A stretch of 64,000 nt of DNA from Candidatus Poriferisocius sp. (GCF_965219815.1 NZ_OZ244791.1:2092491-2156490), one strand, 5' to 3'; shown: positions 28,438-38,841, numbered from the stretch's first letter. Notes: generated by a model from the letters alone, not told the origin. A program made the numbers and translations.

Positions 28438-29577
28438 ATGGGTCCGCTTAAGGGAATGCGCATCATCGAGTTGGCCGGCATCGGCCCCACTCCGTTCGCC
28501 GGCATGATGCTGTCGGACATGGGTGCCGAGGTCATCCGGGTCGACCGGGTGGGCGGCTCGGGGAACCCGGTGGCCTCGCAATCGGGTCCCATGGAGCGGG
28601 GTAAACGCACCGTGGCCTTCGACTTGAAACAGCCCGAAGGAGTGGAAGCAGTGCTCCGTCTGGTCGAGTCGTCCGACGGGCTATTCGAAGGCTTCCGGGC
28701 CGGTGTGGCCGAGCGCCTCGGCGTCGGCCCCGATGCATGTCTGGCCCGCAATCCCAAACTGGTCTACGGACGGATGACCGGTTGGGGCCAATCCGGGCCA
28801 TTGGCCGACCGGGCCGGCCACGACATCAACTACATCTCATTGGCCGGGCCGCTGGCCCACATCGGGCGGACAGGACAGCCACCGTCGGTGCCCCTCAACC
28901 TCATCGGCGATTTCGGGGGCGGCTCGGTGTTCTTGGTGCTGGGCATGGTGGCCGCACTGTTGGAAGTGGCGAGGGGTGGTCACGGCCAGGTGGTTGACGC
29001 CGCCATGGTGGACGGCGCCGCCTACCTGCTGTCTCCCCTGTACGCAGCCCACGCCAGCGGATTCTGGACCGACGAATACGGGGCCAACTTTTTGGACTCC
29101 GGGGCCTACTTCTACGAGGTGTACGGCACTGCCGACGGCAAATGGCTGGCTGTGGGGGCCATCGAGCCCCAGTTCCACGCCGAGTTCATGGCCGGGATCG
29201 GCCTGGCCGACGCCGACGATTTGCCCGACCAGATGGACCGGGACCGGTGGCCGGAGATGAAGCAGCGAGTGGGGGAGATCATCGCCACCCGCACCCAGGA
29301 CGAGTGGGTGGCCGTATTCGATGGCACCGATGCCTGCGTCACCCCGGTGCTGACCATGGGCCAGACCCCGGCCCATCCCCACGCCATGGCCCGCGATTCG
29401 TTCTTCCAGTTCGGCGGGGTCACCCAGCCCCGGCCCGCTCCCCGATTTGAAGGCACCCCCTCCGAGCCCGCCACAGCATCGCAACCGGCAGGGGCCGACA
29501 CTGATGCGGTGCTTGCCGAGTTGGGGTTTTCCGCCGAGGAGGTGGCCACGCTCCGGACGTCGGGCGCCGTGGCTTGA
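28438..29577 (+). CDS. family III CoA-transferase, alpha-methylacyl-CoA racemase-like
   Basis: GMRIIELAGIGPTPFAGMMLSDMGAEVIRVDR and GHDINYI closely resemble the racemase/CaiB subgroup. Confidence 0.85.
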   Translation: MGPLKGMRIIELAGIGPTPFAGMMLSDMGAEVIRVDRVGGSGNPVASQSGPMERGKRTVAFDLKQPEGVEAVLRLVESSDGLFEGFRAGVAERLGVGPDACLARNPKLVYGRMTGWGQSGPLADRAGHDINYISLAGPLAHIGRTGQPPSVPLNLIGDFGGGSVFLVLGMVAALLEVARGGHGQVVDAAMVDGAAYLLSPLYAAHASGFWTDEYGANFLDSGAYFYEVYGTADGKWLAVGAIEPQFHAEFMAGIGLADADDLPDQMDRDRWPEMKQRVGEIIATRTQDEWVAVFDGTDACVTPVLTMGQTPAHPHAMARDSFFQFGGVTQPRPAPRFEGTPSEPATASQPAGADTDAVLAELGFSAEEVATLRTSGAVA

Positions 29578-29665
29578 AATGGCGTACCGGTAATTTCGCC
29601 GTTTTTGGTGGAACCGTAAGTACCGTTGGGGCGTCGTAGATGGTGATTGGAAAGAGGATGCCATC

Positions 29666-30535
29666 ATGCCCATCTTGAGACTGCTTTTGCCGTTGGTCTT
29701 GGCGTGCTTCGTCGCCGCGGCCTGCTCCAGCGACAGCGAGGACAGCGCTCCTTCGGTGGCGGCTACCGAACCCCCTTCTGCTGAGACGACTCAGCCTGCC
29801 CAAACCCCTGCACCGGAGCCGACGGAAGCCGAAGACGGACTCTCGACCGCTCAGCAGGAGCTAGCCGACGCGATCTTCACTGCGATGTTGGAAGACGACG
29901 AGCGCCCAGCCGCCGTGACCGAAGACCAGGTCCGTTGTTTGGGCGACAGCATCGCCGGTGTCTTCTCCAACGATCGGCTCGGCGAACTGGGCATTACTGG
30001 CACACGCGTGATCGAGGCGTATACCGACAGAGGCACTTTTGCCTTGGGCGATGACTACGACATCACCGACAGTGAGGCATCACAAGTAGTGGACCTGTCT
30101 TTGCAATGCATGGACTGGCGAACCGTCATCGCTTCGGCAATCACCCTGGAGGGCATTCCGGCGGACCAGGCCAATTGCATTGCATCCGAGCTCTCTGATG
30201 AGTCGATTCGCTCTTCGGTGGAGAGCGGGTTGATCTCCCAGTCAGAGGATGATCTCGGGATCGCCCAATCGGAGGCAATGGGGGCGTTGCAAGCTTGTCT
30301 CAATGTTCGAGACATGCTCTTTGAAACGTTCATCCAGGATGGCCTTTCCGAGCCGAGCGCCCGCTGCGTTGCCGACGGATTGCCCGATGAGCTGGTCGAG
30401 ATGATGCTCGAAGGCCCAGATCCCGAAGACGAAGAAGCAGTCTTGGAGATGATGGGTGAGCTTCAGGCACTCCAAAACCGATGCCTGACCCCCGAAGAAA
30501 TTGAGTCGATGGGTGGGTCGTCTAGCCTCCAGTAG
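29666..30535 (+). CDS. acidic Cys-containing lipoprotein, hypothetical
   Basis: Lipobox VAAAC-SSD. Repeated xxxC(L/I/V)A motifs. Paralogue of the next gene. Confidence 0.55.
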   Translation: MPILRLLLPLVLACFVAAACSSDSEDSAPSVAATEPPSAETTQPAQTPAPEPTEAEDGLSTAQQELADAIFTAMLEDDERPAAVTEDQVRCLGDSIAGVFSNDRLGELGITGTRVIEAYTDRGTFALGDDYDITDSEASQVVDLSLQCMDWRTVIASAITLEGIPADQANCIASELSDESIRSSVESGLISQSEDDLGIAQSEAMGALQACLNVRDMLFETFIQDGLSEPSARCVADGLPDELVEMMLEGPDPEDEEAVLEMMGELQALQNRCLTPEEIESMGGSSSLQ

Positions 30536-30585
30536 TCGTGAACTGGATTACCACCGAAGAAATCGGCTGACGGGGGATCTGAAAA

Positions 30586-31206
30586 TTGCTCCAGCGCTGG
30601 ATCATTCCGATTCTCCTTGTTTCCCTTATGGGCGCGGCCTGCTCGAGCGAAGGCGAGGACAGCGCACCGTCCGTTTCGGCAACCCAGGTTCCCGCGGTCC
30701 AACCCACTGAGGCGGTTGAAGCCCCTAGGCAGGAGTTGGCCGACACGTTTGCCAAGCTGGTCTTGGAAGACGAACTAGTCACCGCCTTCATGACGCGCGA
30801 GGAGATCACTTGCCTGGCCGAGGGAGCATTCACTGTCTTCACTGACGAACGGCTTGGCGAACTGGGACTCAACTCAGAATCGTTTGCCGAGGCATACCAA
30901 CAACCGGGTTTATTCGTATTCGGGGACTGGTTCGACCTCTCCGATCGTGAGGCGTTCGACCTTGAGAACCTGTCTTTGGGTTGCGTCGACTGGCGGAACT
31001 TTGTGGTCAACGTCTTAGTGGCAGAGGGTGAGCCGATGGAACTAGCCGAATGCATCGCCTCCCAAATCTCAGTTGAAGGGCTGCGGGACGTCGTGAGGGA
31101 CGCGATGGTGGTCGACACAGGAGAAGGATTCGGGGAGGCGCAAGACGAGGTGGCGTCGGCTCTGGCTGCTTGCTACTTGAACGAGCCTTCAACGAGCGTT
31201 TCCTAG
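30586..31206 (+). CDS. acidic Cys-containing lipoprotein, hypothetical (paralogue)
   Basis: Lipobox LMGAAC-SSE. Shares SSxxEDSAPSV, QELAD, ERLGELG and ECIAS blocks with 29666..30535. Confidence 0.55.
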   Translation: MLQRWIIPILLVSLMGAACSSEGEDSAPSVSATQVPAVQPTEAVEAPRQELADTFAKLVLEDELVTAFMTREEITCLAEGAFTVFTDERLGELGLNSESFAEAYQQPGLFVFGDWFDLSDREAFDLENLSLGCVDWRNFVVNVLVAEGEPMELAECIASQISVEGLRDVVRDAMVVDTGEGFGEAQDEVASALAACYLNEPSTSVS

Positions 31207-31218
31207 TTGAACAGCCCG

Positions 31219-31252
31219 ACGGTGCGCTGGCAGCGCTCACCGTTTTCTTATT
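31219..31252 (+). terminator. possible intrinsic terminator between convergent genes
   Basis: ACGGTGCGCTGGCAGCGCTCACCGT imperfect hairpin followed by TTTTCTTATT. The T-tract overlaps the stop of the minus-strand MBL gene. Confidence 0.35.
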
Positions 31253-32150
31253 CCCGGTAGTACACCGCCTCGGGGGTGGCCTCGCCGTCGGTGCTTACCC
31301 GGCCGTCGCCTGTCATGGCGATGAGATGGGCCAGCACCGAGCGGGCAGCGGGCTCGTGCAGCTCGGGGGCCACATCGGCGTACATCACCCTCACCATCTC
31401 GGTGATGGTCTGCGGCCCGGTGGCCAGGCACTCCAGGATTTGGCGCTCCCGGTCCAGGCGGTGGGCATAGAGGGCTTCCACGAGAGCGTGGGGCTCGTTG
31501 ACCGGCGGGCCGTGGGTGGGCCAGTACACCCGGTCGTCGGGGTACTCGGCCAAGAGCCTCAGGCTGGCCAGGTAGTCGGTCATGTTGCCGTCGGGCGGGG
31601 GGACGATGGTGGTGGACCAGCCCATGATGTGATCGCCGGTGAACACTCCGGCCGCTTCCCGCCAGCGGTAGGCAATGTGGTTGGAGATGTGGCCCGGGGT
31701 GTACAGGCACTCGAAGCTCCAACCCGGTCCCTCCACCACATCCCCGTGGACCACCGCCGCGTCGGGGACGAAGCGGAGATCGCCCCTCTCTTCGCTCTTG
31801 CCGTCGTCGTCATCGGCAGGCGGATGGGGGCCGAAGCCGTAGGCCGGAGCACCGGTGGCCTCGGCCACCGCCTGTGACGCGGGTGAGTGATCCCGGTGGG
31901 TGTGGGTGATGAGCAGGGCTTCTACCTGCTCATCGTCCACCGCGGCCAGGACGGCTTCGATGTGGTCGGCATCGTCTGGGCCGGGATCGACTATGGCCAC
32001 CCGGCCCTGGCCCACTATGTAGGTGCCGGTACCCCGGTAAGTGAACTTGCCGGGGTTGTTGGCCACCACTCGGCGGAGGCCGGGGGCCATCTCCACCACC
32101 GCGCCGTAGTCCACCTCCGGCTCGGTCACAAACGGGATGCTCACCGCCAT
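31248..32150 (-). CDS. MBL-fold metallo-hydrolase
   Basis: HTHRDH metal motif (ITHTHRDHSP), 300 aa. Confidence 0.8.
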   Translation of the reverse strand: MAVSIPFVTEPEVDYGAVVEMAPGLRRVVANNPGKFTYRGTGTYIVGQGRVAIVDPGPDDADHIEAVLAAVDDEQVEALLITHTHRDHSPASQAVAEATGAPAYGFGPHPPADDDDGKSEERGDLRFVPDAAVVHGDVVEGPGWSFECLYTPGHISNHIAYRWREAAGVFTGDHIMGWSTTIVPPPDGNMTDYLASLRLLAEYPDDRVYWPTHGPPVNEPHALVEALYAHRLDRERQILECLATGPQTITEMVRVMYADVAPELHEPAARSVLAHLIAMTGDGRVSTDGEATPEAVYYRE

Positions 32151-32160
32151 GGCAGGGCAG

Positions 32161-32949
32161 TCAGCCTTCCTCAGCGGCCACCTCGCCGGTGGATACGCCC
32201 AGGTAGGCGGGCTTCTCGCCCCCGCCGTGAACCTTGATGTTGGCCCCCGACATCCACCGGGCCATGGGCGAGGCCAAGAACAGGCACACGTCGGCCACGT
32301 CGTCGGGCTGGCCCATGCGGCCCAAAGCGATGGTCTCGCCCACCGCGGCGATACCCGCCTCGTCGCCGTAGTAGAGATAGGCGTCTTCGGTCACAATCAG
32401 CCCCACCGTTACTGTCAGCACCCGGATCTTGGGCCCCCACTCCACCGCCAGCGTCTCGCTCAGGTTCAACAGCCCGGCCTTGGCCGCCCCATAGGCGATC
32501 CCCATGGGGTTGGGCCGGATGCCCGATACAGACGAGATGTTGAGGATCACCCCGCCGCTGTCCTGGTTCTGCATCACGGGATACACGGCCTGGCTGAACG
32601 CCATTGGGGCCATCAGGTTCAAGGCCACGATCTTCTCGTTGAACCGGGGTGACACCGTGGCCGATTCGGCCGGGGGAGCGCCGCCGGCGTTGTTGATGAG
32701 GGTGTCGACCCGCCCGGTGTGTTCCACGGCAGCCTCCACCACGCCGGCGATCTGCTCGGGATCCCGCACGTCGGCGGCCACGAACCGTGCCTCTCGGCCA
32801 TCGGAGGCCACCGGCTCCTCCGGCGGGCGGCGGGCGCAGATCACCACATCGGCACCCGCAGCCAGGAAGCGGGTGGCCATCCCCCGGCCCAGCCCCTTGG
32901 TGCCGCCGGTGATGATGGCGGTCTTGCCGGTGAAATCGAGGTCATCCAT
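32161..32949 (-). CDS. SDR family oxidoreductase
   Basis: ITGGTKGLGRG, NNAG, YGAAKAGL. Confidence 0.85.
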   Translation of the reverse strand: MDDLDFTGKTAIITGGTKGLGRGMATRFLAAGADVVICARRPPEEPVASDGREARFVAADVRDPEQIAGVVEAAVEHTGRVDTLINNAGGAPPAESATVSPRFNEKIVALNLMAPMAFSQAVYPVMQNQDSGGVILNISSVSGIRPNPMGIAYGAAKAGLLNLSETLAVEWGPKIRVLTVTVGLIVTEDAYLYYGDEAGIAAVGETIALGRMGQPDDVADVCLFLASPMARWMSGANIKVHGGGEKPAYLGVSTGEVAAEEG

Positions 32950-33106
32950 TGCTGCCAGTGTGCCTTATGGAGGCTGCTGGGACCATGACCGCGCCGAAGG
33001 AGGCTGTTCTGCCAGCAAACCTGCACCGACTGTGTCGGGCACGGGGTGGGCGGGACCTGTTCTGCCAGTGTGGGCCGGGTCACAGGAGCGGGCTATCGTC
33101 GCCGCC

Positions 33107-33961
33107 ATGGTCGACAAGCGGATGACCGAAGACGAAGTCGTCTCCGAGCTCAAGGACGGGATGACCATCGGCATCGGCGGCTGGGGATCCCGGCGCAAGC
33201 CCATGTCGCTGGTACGGGCCATTCTGCGCTCCGATCTGAAAGACCTCACCCTGGTGGCCTACGGAGGACCCGACATCGGGCTGCTGTGCGCGGCGGGCAA
33301 GGTGCGCCGGGCGGTGTACGGGTTTGTATCGCTGGACTCCATCCCACTGGAGCCCCACTTCCGCCAGGCCCGCCAGAGCGGGGCCATCGAGTTCACCGAA
33401 CTGGACGAGGGCGCCTTCTACCTGGGGCTTCTGGCCGCCTCACACCGGGTTCCGTTCTATCCCACCCGGGCCGGTCTGGGCTCCGACATGCTGATGATGA
33501 ACCCCGAGCTGCGCACGGTGACCTCGCCCTATGACGACGGGGAGGAGCTGGTGGCCATCCCCGCCTTCAAGCTCGACGCCGCGTTGATCCACATGAACCG
33601 GGCCGACGCCGCCGGCAACGGCCAGTTCTTGGGGCCCGACCTGTACTTCGACGACCTGTTTGCCATGGCCGCCGACAAGACCTACCTGAGCACCGAGAAG
33701 ATCGTGCCCACCGAGAGCCTTCTCGACGAGGGATCGGTACACACGCTTCGCATCCAGCGCATCTTCACCGACGGCGTGGTGGAGGCCCCGCGAGGGGCGC
33801 ACTTCACCGAGTGCCCTCCCGACTACGGGCGCGACGAGGCCTTCCAGCGGGAGTACGCCGCCACCGCCCGCGACCCCGAGGCGTGGGAGGCATTCCGTGC
33901 AACTTACCTAGACGCTCCCTCCCATGCGGACTACTTGAAGGCGCTGGAGGCCCGGTCATGA
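33107..33961 (+). CDS. CoA-transferase subunit A (class I, glutaconate/3-oxoacid type)
   Basis: Start trimmed to MVDKRMTEDEVVSELKDGMTIGIGGWG. The upstream part of the track ORF is antisense to the SDR gene. Confidence 0.8.
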   Translation: MVDKRMTEDEVVSELKDGMTIGIGGWGSRRKPMSLVRAILRSDLKDLTLVAYGGPDIGLLCAAGKVRRAVYGFVSLDSIPLEPHFRQARQSGAIEFTELDEGAFYLGLLAASHRVPFYPTRAGLGSDMLMMNPELRTVTSPYDDGEELVAIPAFKLDAALIHMNRADAAGNGQFLGPDLYFDDLFAMAADKTYLSTEKIVPTESLLDEGSVHTLRIQRIFTDGVVEAPRGAHFTECPPDYGRDEAFQREYAATARDPEAWEAFRATYLDAPSHADYLKALEARS

Positions 33962-34725
33962 GCAGCATCACCGAAGCAACCATCGACGAGATCTGTGTAG
34001 TGGCCTGTGCCGAGGCCTTCCGGGGTGACGGCGAGATCCTGTGCAACCCCATCGGCACCGTGCCCATCGTGGGCGGCCGCTTGGCCCGGGCCACCTTCGA
34101 GCCCGATCTGGTGTACACCGACACCGTAGCGGTGCTGCCCGCCAACGACTTCCCGGTGGGCGATCCCGACGCCCCCAAGGTGGTGGAGTCGTGGGTGCCC
34201 TACCGCACCGTGTTCGACATCGTGTGGTCGGGCAAGCGCCATGTATTGATGGGGGCCAGCCAGATCGACCAGTGGGGCAACCAGAACATCGCCGCCATAG
34301 GCGACTTCCGCCAGCCCAAAGCCCAGCTCCTCGGCTTGCGGGGCGCCCCGGGCAACCTGGTCAACCACACCACTAGTTACTGGGTGCCCAACCACTCCAC
34401 CCGCTCGTTTGTGGCCTCAGTGGACGTGGTGTCGGGGCCGGGGTACGACCGGATGCGGGCGCTCGGCTCGCCGAGCAACCGCTTCCACGAGGTGCGCCGG
34501 GTGGTGTCCAACCTGGGAGTTTTCGACTTCCAGACCGACGACAGCCGCATGAGGATCGCCTCGCTCCACCCCGGTGTGACCGTGGAGCAGGTGATCGAGG
34601 CCACGGCATTCGAGCTGGCCGGCGCCGACGACGTGGCCGAGACCCGGCTGCCCACCGACGAGGAGCTACGCCTGATTCGCGAGGTGCTCGATCCCGGTGG
34701 TGCCCGGAAAGCCGAGTTCCGCTGA
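33958..34725 (+). CDS. CoA-transferase subunit B
   Basis: ATGA overlap with subunit A. MSSITEATIDEICVVACAEAF and a size typical of the beta subunit. Confidence 0.75.
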   Translation: MSSITEATIDEICVVACAEAFRGDGEILCNPIGTVPIVGGRLARATFEPDLVYTDTVAVLPANDFPVGDPDAPKVVESWVPYRTVFDIVWSGKRHVLMGASQIDQWGNQNIAAIGDFRQPKAQLLGLRGAPGNLVNHTTSYWVPNHSTRSFVASVDVVSGPGYDRMRALGSPSNRFHEVRRVVSNLGVFDFQTDDSRMRIASLHPGVTVEQVIEATAFELAGADDVAETRLPTDEELRLIREVLDPGGARKAEFR

Positions 34726-34732
34726 GCCTCTG

Positions 34733-35815
34733 ATGAGCGCCGATCCTCGCCTCCAAACCCGGGCGTGCGAGCTGTTCGGGGTGGAGTACCCCATCATCCA
34801 AACCGGAATGGGCTGGGTATCAGGCGCCCGGCTGACCGCAGCCACCTCCAACGCCGGTGGCCTGGGCATCATTGCCGCCGCGCCGCTCACCTTTGATCAG
34901 ATGGTCGAGACCATCGACGCGGTGGCTGCGGCCACCGACCGGCCCTTCGGCGTGAACCTCCGCACCGATGCCGCCGACATCGACCGCCGGGTGGACCACA
35001 TAATCGCGGCGCAAATCCCAGTGGCCAGCTTCGCCCAGGCCCCCGGCGAGGCCATCGTCAAGAAGCTGAAGGACGCCGGAGTAGTAGTGGTGCCCACCAT
35101 CGGAGCGCCCCGCCACGCCGAGAAGGTGGCCGCTTGGGGAGTCGACGCGGTGATCGCCCAAGGGGCCGAAGGCGGAGGCCACACTGGCCCCATCGCCACA
35201 ACGCTGCTGCTACCTGCGGTGATCGACACCGTGGACATCCCGGTCATCGCCGCCGGCGGCATGGTGGACGGCCGCTCGCTGGCCGCGGCCCTGGCCTTTG
35301 GGGCCGACGGCGTGGCCATGGGCACCCGCTTTCTGCTGTCGTCCGACAGCGACGTGCCCGACCACGTGAAGGCCGTTTACCTCGACACCAAGCTCACCGG
35401 CACAGTGGTAACCACCGCAGTAGACGGCGTTCCCCAGCGAGTGATCAACACCAGTGTGATCTCCCGGTTGGAGCGGTCGGGACCGCTGTCTTTCATCCGG
35501 GCCGCCCGCAACGCACTCAAGTTCCGAGCCCTCACCGGGGTGAGCTACCGACAGCTCCTGTCCGAGGGATTGGCCATGCGCCGCAGTCTCAACCTCACCT
35601 GGGCCCAGATGGCCATGGCAGCCAACGCCCCCATGATGACCAAGGCCGCCATGGTCGACGGCCACCCCGAGGTCGGCATCCTCCCCACCGGCCAAGTGGT
35701 GGGCAGCATCGACGCCCTCCCCAGTTGCCAGGAGATCATCGACTCCATCGTCGCCGAAGCTGTAGAGGTCTTGGACCGCCTGGCCGGTTCGGGCCCAACG
35801 CCGAACGATCCCTAG
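34733..35815 (+). CDS. nitronate monooxygenase / FMN-dependent enoyl reductase-like (NMO family)
   Basis: YPIIQTGMGWVS, AQGAEGGGH, IPVIAAGG. Confidence 0.8.
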   Translation: MSADPRLQTRACELFGVEYPIIQTGMGWVSGARLTAATSNAGGLGIIAAAPLTFDQMVETIDAVAAATDRPFGVNLRTDAADIDRRVDHIIAAQIPVASFAQAPGEAIVKKLKDAGVVVVPTIGAPRHAEKVAAWGVDAVIAQGAEGGGHTGPIATTLLLPAVIDTVDIPVIAAGGMVDGRSLAAALAFGADGVAMGTRFLLSSDSDVPDHVKAVYLDTKLTGTVVTTAVDGVPQRVINTSVISRLERSGPLSFIRAARNALKFRALTGVSYRQLLSEGLAMRRSLNLTWAQMAMAANAPMMTKAAMVDGHPEVGILPTGQVVGSIDALPSCQEIIDSIVAEAVEVLDRLAGSGPTPNDP

Positions 35816-35827
35816 AGTTCTGCGCTG

Positions 35828-36970
35828 ATGGACCTGTCGTTCACGTCGACGGAAGAGGAGTTCCGGGAGGAGGCCCGCACCTGGTTGGCCGAGAACGTGC
35901 CAGGCGAGCCGCTGGCCTCCATGGACACCCCGGACGGCTTCGAGGAGCACCGGGCTTGGGAGCACATCTTGTTCGACGCCGGGTGGGCGGTGGTGTCGTG
36001 GCCTGAGCGCTACGGCGGCCGGGAAGCGTCGCTGGTGGAGTGGCTCATCTTCGAGGAGGAGTACTGGGCGTCGGGGGCGCCGGGACGGGTTTCGTCCAAC
36101 GGGGTGAGTCTTTTGGCCCCCACCATCTTCGATTTCGGCACGCCTGAACAGCAGGACCGCTTCCTGCGGCCCATGGCCCGGGGCGACGAGATCTGGGCCC
36201 AGGGCTGGTCGGAGCCCGACGCCGGCTCCGACCTGGCCGGGATCAAGACCAAAGCGCAGCGCGACGGCGAGTACTTTGTGATCGACGGCCAGAAAACCTG
36301 GTGTTCTCGGGGTGCATTCGCCGACTGGTTCTTCTGTTTGGTGCGCACCGATCCCGACTCCGAGCGGCACGCCGGATTGAGCTATCTGCTGGTTCCGGCC
36401 GATACCGAGGGGCTCGAGGCCCGGGCCATCGGTCGCCTGGACGGCGAGCCCGGTTTCGCTGAGCTTTTCTTCGACGGCGCCCGGGTACACGAGCGCTACC
36501 TGCTGGGCGGCGAGGGCGAGGGCTGGGCCGTGGCTATGGCCACTACCGGCAGTGAGCGGGGGCTGAACCTGCGGGCGCCGGGCCGGTTTATGGCCGCGGC
36601 CGACCGTTTGGTGGGCCTCTACCAGGAGCAGGCCGACAGCCAAGGGCCCGACCTGGGCCGCCGGGATCAGGTGGTGAGCGCCTGGATGGGGGCCCAGGCC
36701 TATCGCTGGCAGACCTATGCCACCGAGGCCCGGTTGCGGGGCGGTGCCCCCATCGGCTCGGAGGCCAGCTTCATGAAGGTGCTGTGGTCGGAGCTGGATG
36801 TGGAGCTGCACGCCACCGCCCTGCGGCTGCTGGGCCGTGACGGGGAACGGGCCGACATCTCGTGGATGGACGGCTATGTGTTCGCACTGTCGGGCCCGAT
36901 CTACGCCGGCACTAACGAGATCCAGAGAAACATCATCTCTGAGCGAGTTCTAGGGCTTCCGAGGCGGTAG
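35828..36970 (+). CDS. acyl-CoA dehydrogenase (full length, alpha-type)
   Basis: 380 aa, ACAD fold (WSEPDAGSDL, GQKTWCS, C-terminal IYAGTNEIQRNII). Confidence 0.85.
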   Translation: MDLSFTSTEEEFREEARTWLAENVPGEPLASMDTPDGFEEHRAWEHILFDAGWAVVSWPERYGGREASLVEWLIFEEEYWASGAPGRVSSNGVSLLAPTIFDFGTPEQQDRFLRPMARGDEIWAQGWSEPDAGSDLAGIKTKAQRDGEYFVIDGQKTWCSRGAFADWFFCLVRTDPDSERHAGLSYLLVPADTEGLEARAIGRLDGEPGFAELFFDGARVHERYLLGGEGEGWAVAMATTGSERGLNLRAPGRFMAAADRLVGLYQEQADSQGPDLGRRDQVVSAWMGAQAYRWQTYATEARLRGGAPIGSEASFMKVLWSELDVELHATALRLLGRDGERADISWMDGYVFALSGPIYAGTNEIQRNIISERVLGLPRR

Positions 36971-36972
36971 AC

Positions 36973-37953
36973 GTGGATTTCTCGTTCAGCGACGACCAGA
37001 TCATGTTCCAAGAGGCGGTGCGCGATCTCCTGGCCAACGAATGTCCGCCGGAGGTGGTGAGATCGGCTTGGGAGAACGACACCGGCCGAACCGACGGCCT
37101 GTGGGGCGCGCTGGCCGAGATGGGCGTGGTGGGCATGACCGCCCCTGAGTCGGCGGGCGGATTGGGGATGGACGAGACCGACCTGGTGCTGCTTCTGGAG
37201 GAGGCCGGACGGGCTGCATTGCCCGAGCCCCTGCTGGAGCACACCGCAGTGGGCATTCCCACCCTGGCCGAGGCGGGCGGCGCCATTGCCGAAGCCTGGT
37301 TGGAGCAGGCCGTAGCAGGGGAGGCCACCTTGGGCGCAGGCTCCGATGGGGGTTATGCGGTGGGGGCGGGGACCAGCGATTTGGTGCTGCTCATCGGCGA
37401 CCAGGTTCGGGCCGTTCCGGTAGCAGGAGCGTCGCTGGTGGAGCATCAGTCGGTGGACTGGTCCCGTCGCCTGTTCGAGGTTGTCGGCGATGAGGTGGTG
37501 CTGGATGCCGATCCTGGGCTGGCCTTCGACCGGGCCGCCGGGGCCGCTGCCGCCCAGTGCGTGGGCGTAGCCCAGCACTTGCTGGACGCCACCGTGGAGT
37601 ACGTGGCTCAGCGCTATCAGTTCGGCAAGCCGGTGGGCAGCTACCAGGCGGTCAAGCACCACCTGGCCAACGCCGCCCTCAAGATCGAGTTCGCCCGCCC
37701 TACGGCCCGCCATGCCGCCTGGTGCATCGCCGCCGGCGACCCCGACCGCAGCCGGGATGTGTCGCTGGCCAAGGCTTTGGCCTCTGAGGCGGTGGACTTG
37801 GCCGCCCGCACCGCCCTCCAGTGCCACGGCGCCATCGGCTACACATTCGAATACGACCTGCATCTGTGGATGAAGCGGGGCTGGGCCCTGTCGGCCGCTT
37901 GGGGCGACGCCGCCTGGCACCGCAACCGAATCACCGCCGCCCTGGGCATCTGA
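36973..37953 (+). CDS. acyl-CoA dehydrogenase family protein (short, beta-type partner)
   Basis: 326 aa, GTG start 2 nt after the upstream stop. C-terminal ACAD helices (QFGKPVGSYQAVKH) but a shortened middle domain. Confidence 0.75.
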   Translation: MDFSFSDDQIMFQEAVRDLLANECPPEVVRSAWENDTGRTDGLWGALAEMGVVGMTAPESAGGLGMDETDLVLLLEEAGRAALPEPLLEHTAVGIPTLAEAGGAIAEAWLEQAVAGEATLGAGSDGGYAVGAGTSDLVLLIGDQVRAVPVAGASLVEHQSVDWSRRLFEVVGDEVVLDADPGLAFDRAAGAAAAQCVGVAQHLLDATVEYVAQRYQFGKPVGSYQAVKHHLANAALKIEFARPTARHAAWCIAAGDPDRSRDVSLAKALASEAVDLAARTALQCHGAIGYTFEYDLHLWMKRGWALSAAWGDAAWHRNRITAALGI

Positions 37954-38010
37954 ATTGAGCGCCATCCCTGTTGAGGCACTATCGGTTGGATCCACCCGCT
38001 CTGGAGTAGC

Positions 38011-38829
38011 GTGGCGGAGATGAGCACTGAGGGGGCCACTGCGGTGGCCGATCGCCCCGCCGAGTCGGGCCGGCCTCTCTTGGCCGTGGAAGGGGTCACG
38101 GTTCGCTTCGGTGGCGTGGTGGCGGTGGACAACGTGTCTATGTCGGTGCCGTCCGGCCAGGTCAGGGGCCTTATCGGTCCCAACGGCGCGGGCAAGACCA
38201 CCCTGTTCGACAGCATCACGGGTGTGAACACCCCGGCCGCCGGCTCCATCCGCTTGGAGGGCGAGGAGCTGACCGGCCGTCCGGCTACTTGGCGGGCCCG
38301 TCGGGGTATCCGCCGGACCTTCCAGCGTCAGCAGCCTTTCGGATGGCTGTCGGTGGCCGACAACGTGCTGTCGGCCCTGGAATGGGAAGGGGGTGGGGGC
38401 GGAATCACCGCCGACCTGATTGCTCTTCCCGCCCGCCGCCGCATCGAGGCGAAGCGGCGTGAGCGGGTAGACCAAGTGCTGGAATTGTGCGGCCTGACCG
38501 ACATCAAAGACACGCCGGCGGGGGAGCTGCCCATCGCCCGAGCCCGCATGGTGGAGCTGGGTCGAGCCATCGTGTCCCGTCCCAAACTGCTGTTGCTGGA
38601 CGAGCCCACCTCCGGTATTGAGCACGAGGAGGCTGAACATCTCGGCCAGATCATCCAGACCATCCGGTCTGAGGACCAATGCTCGGTGCTGCTGGTGGAG
38701 CACGACGTGGCCTTCGTGATGGCTCAGTGCGACCTGATCACCGTGCTGAACCTGGGCCTGGTAATCGGCGAGGGCTCGCCCGAGGAGGTCCGCAACAACT
38801 CGGCCGTGCGCGACGCGTACCTGGGTTAG
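38011..38829 (+). CDS. ABC transporter ATP-binding protein (LivG-like)
   Basis: Walker A GPNGAGKTT, Walker B LLLLDEPTSG, C-terminal AYLG typical of branched-chain amino-acid type ATPases. Confidence 0.85.
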   Translation: MAEMSTEGATAVADRPAESGRPLLAVEGVTVRFGGVVAVDNVSMSVPSGQVRGLIGPNGAGKTTLFDSITGVNTPAAGSIRLEGEELTGRPATWRARRGIRRTFQRQQPFGWLSVADNVLSALEWEGGGGGITADLIALPARRRIEAKRRERVDQVLELCGLTDIKDTPAGELPIARARMVELGRAIVSRPKLLLLDEPTSGIEHEEAEHLGQIIQTIRSEDQCSVLLVEHDVAFVMAQCDLITVLNLGLVIGEGSPEEVRNNSAVRDAYLG

Positions 38830-38841
38830 CAGTAGCCAGCT

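Noticed and set aside
38011-38829. Orphan LivG-like ABC ATPase as an unusual stand-alone regulator
   Set aside because: A Liv-type substrate-binding lipoprotein lies 3.6 kb away (42481..43746), and the permease genes may simply be outside the cluster. There is not enough evidence for anything unusual.
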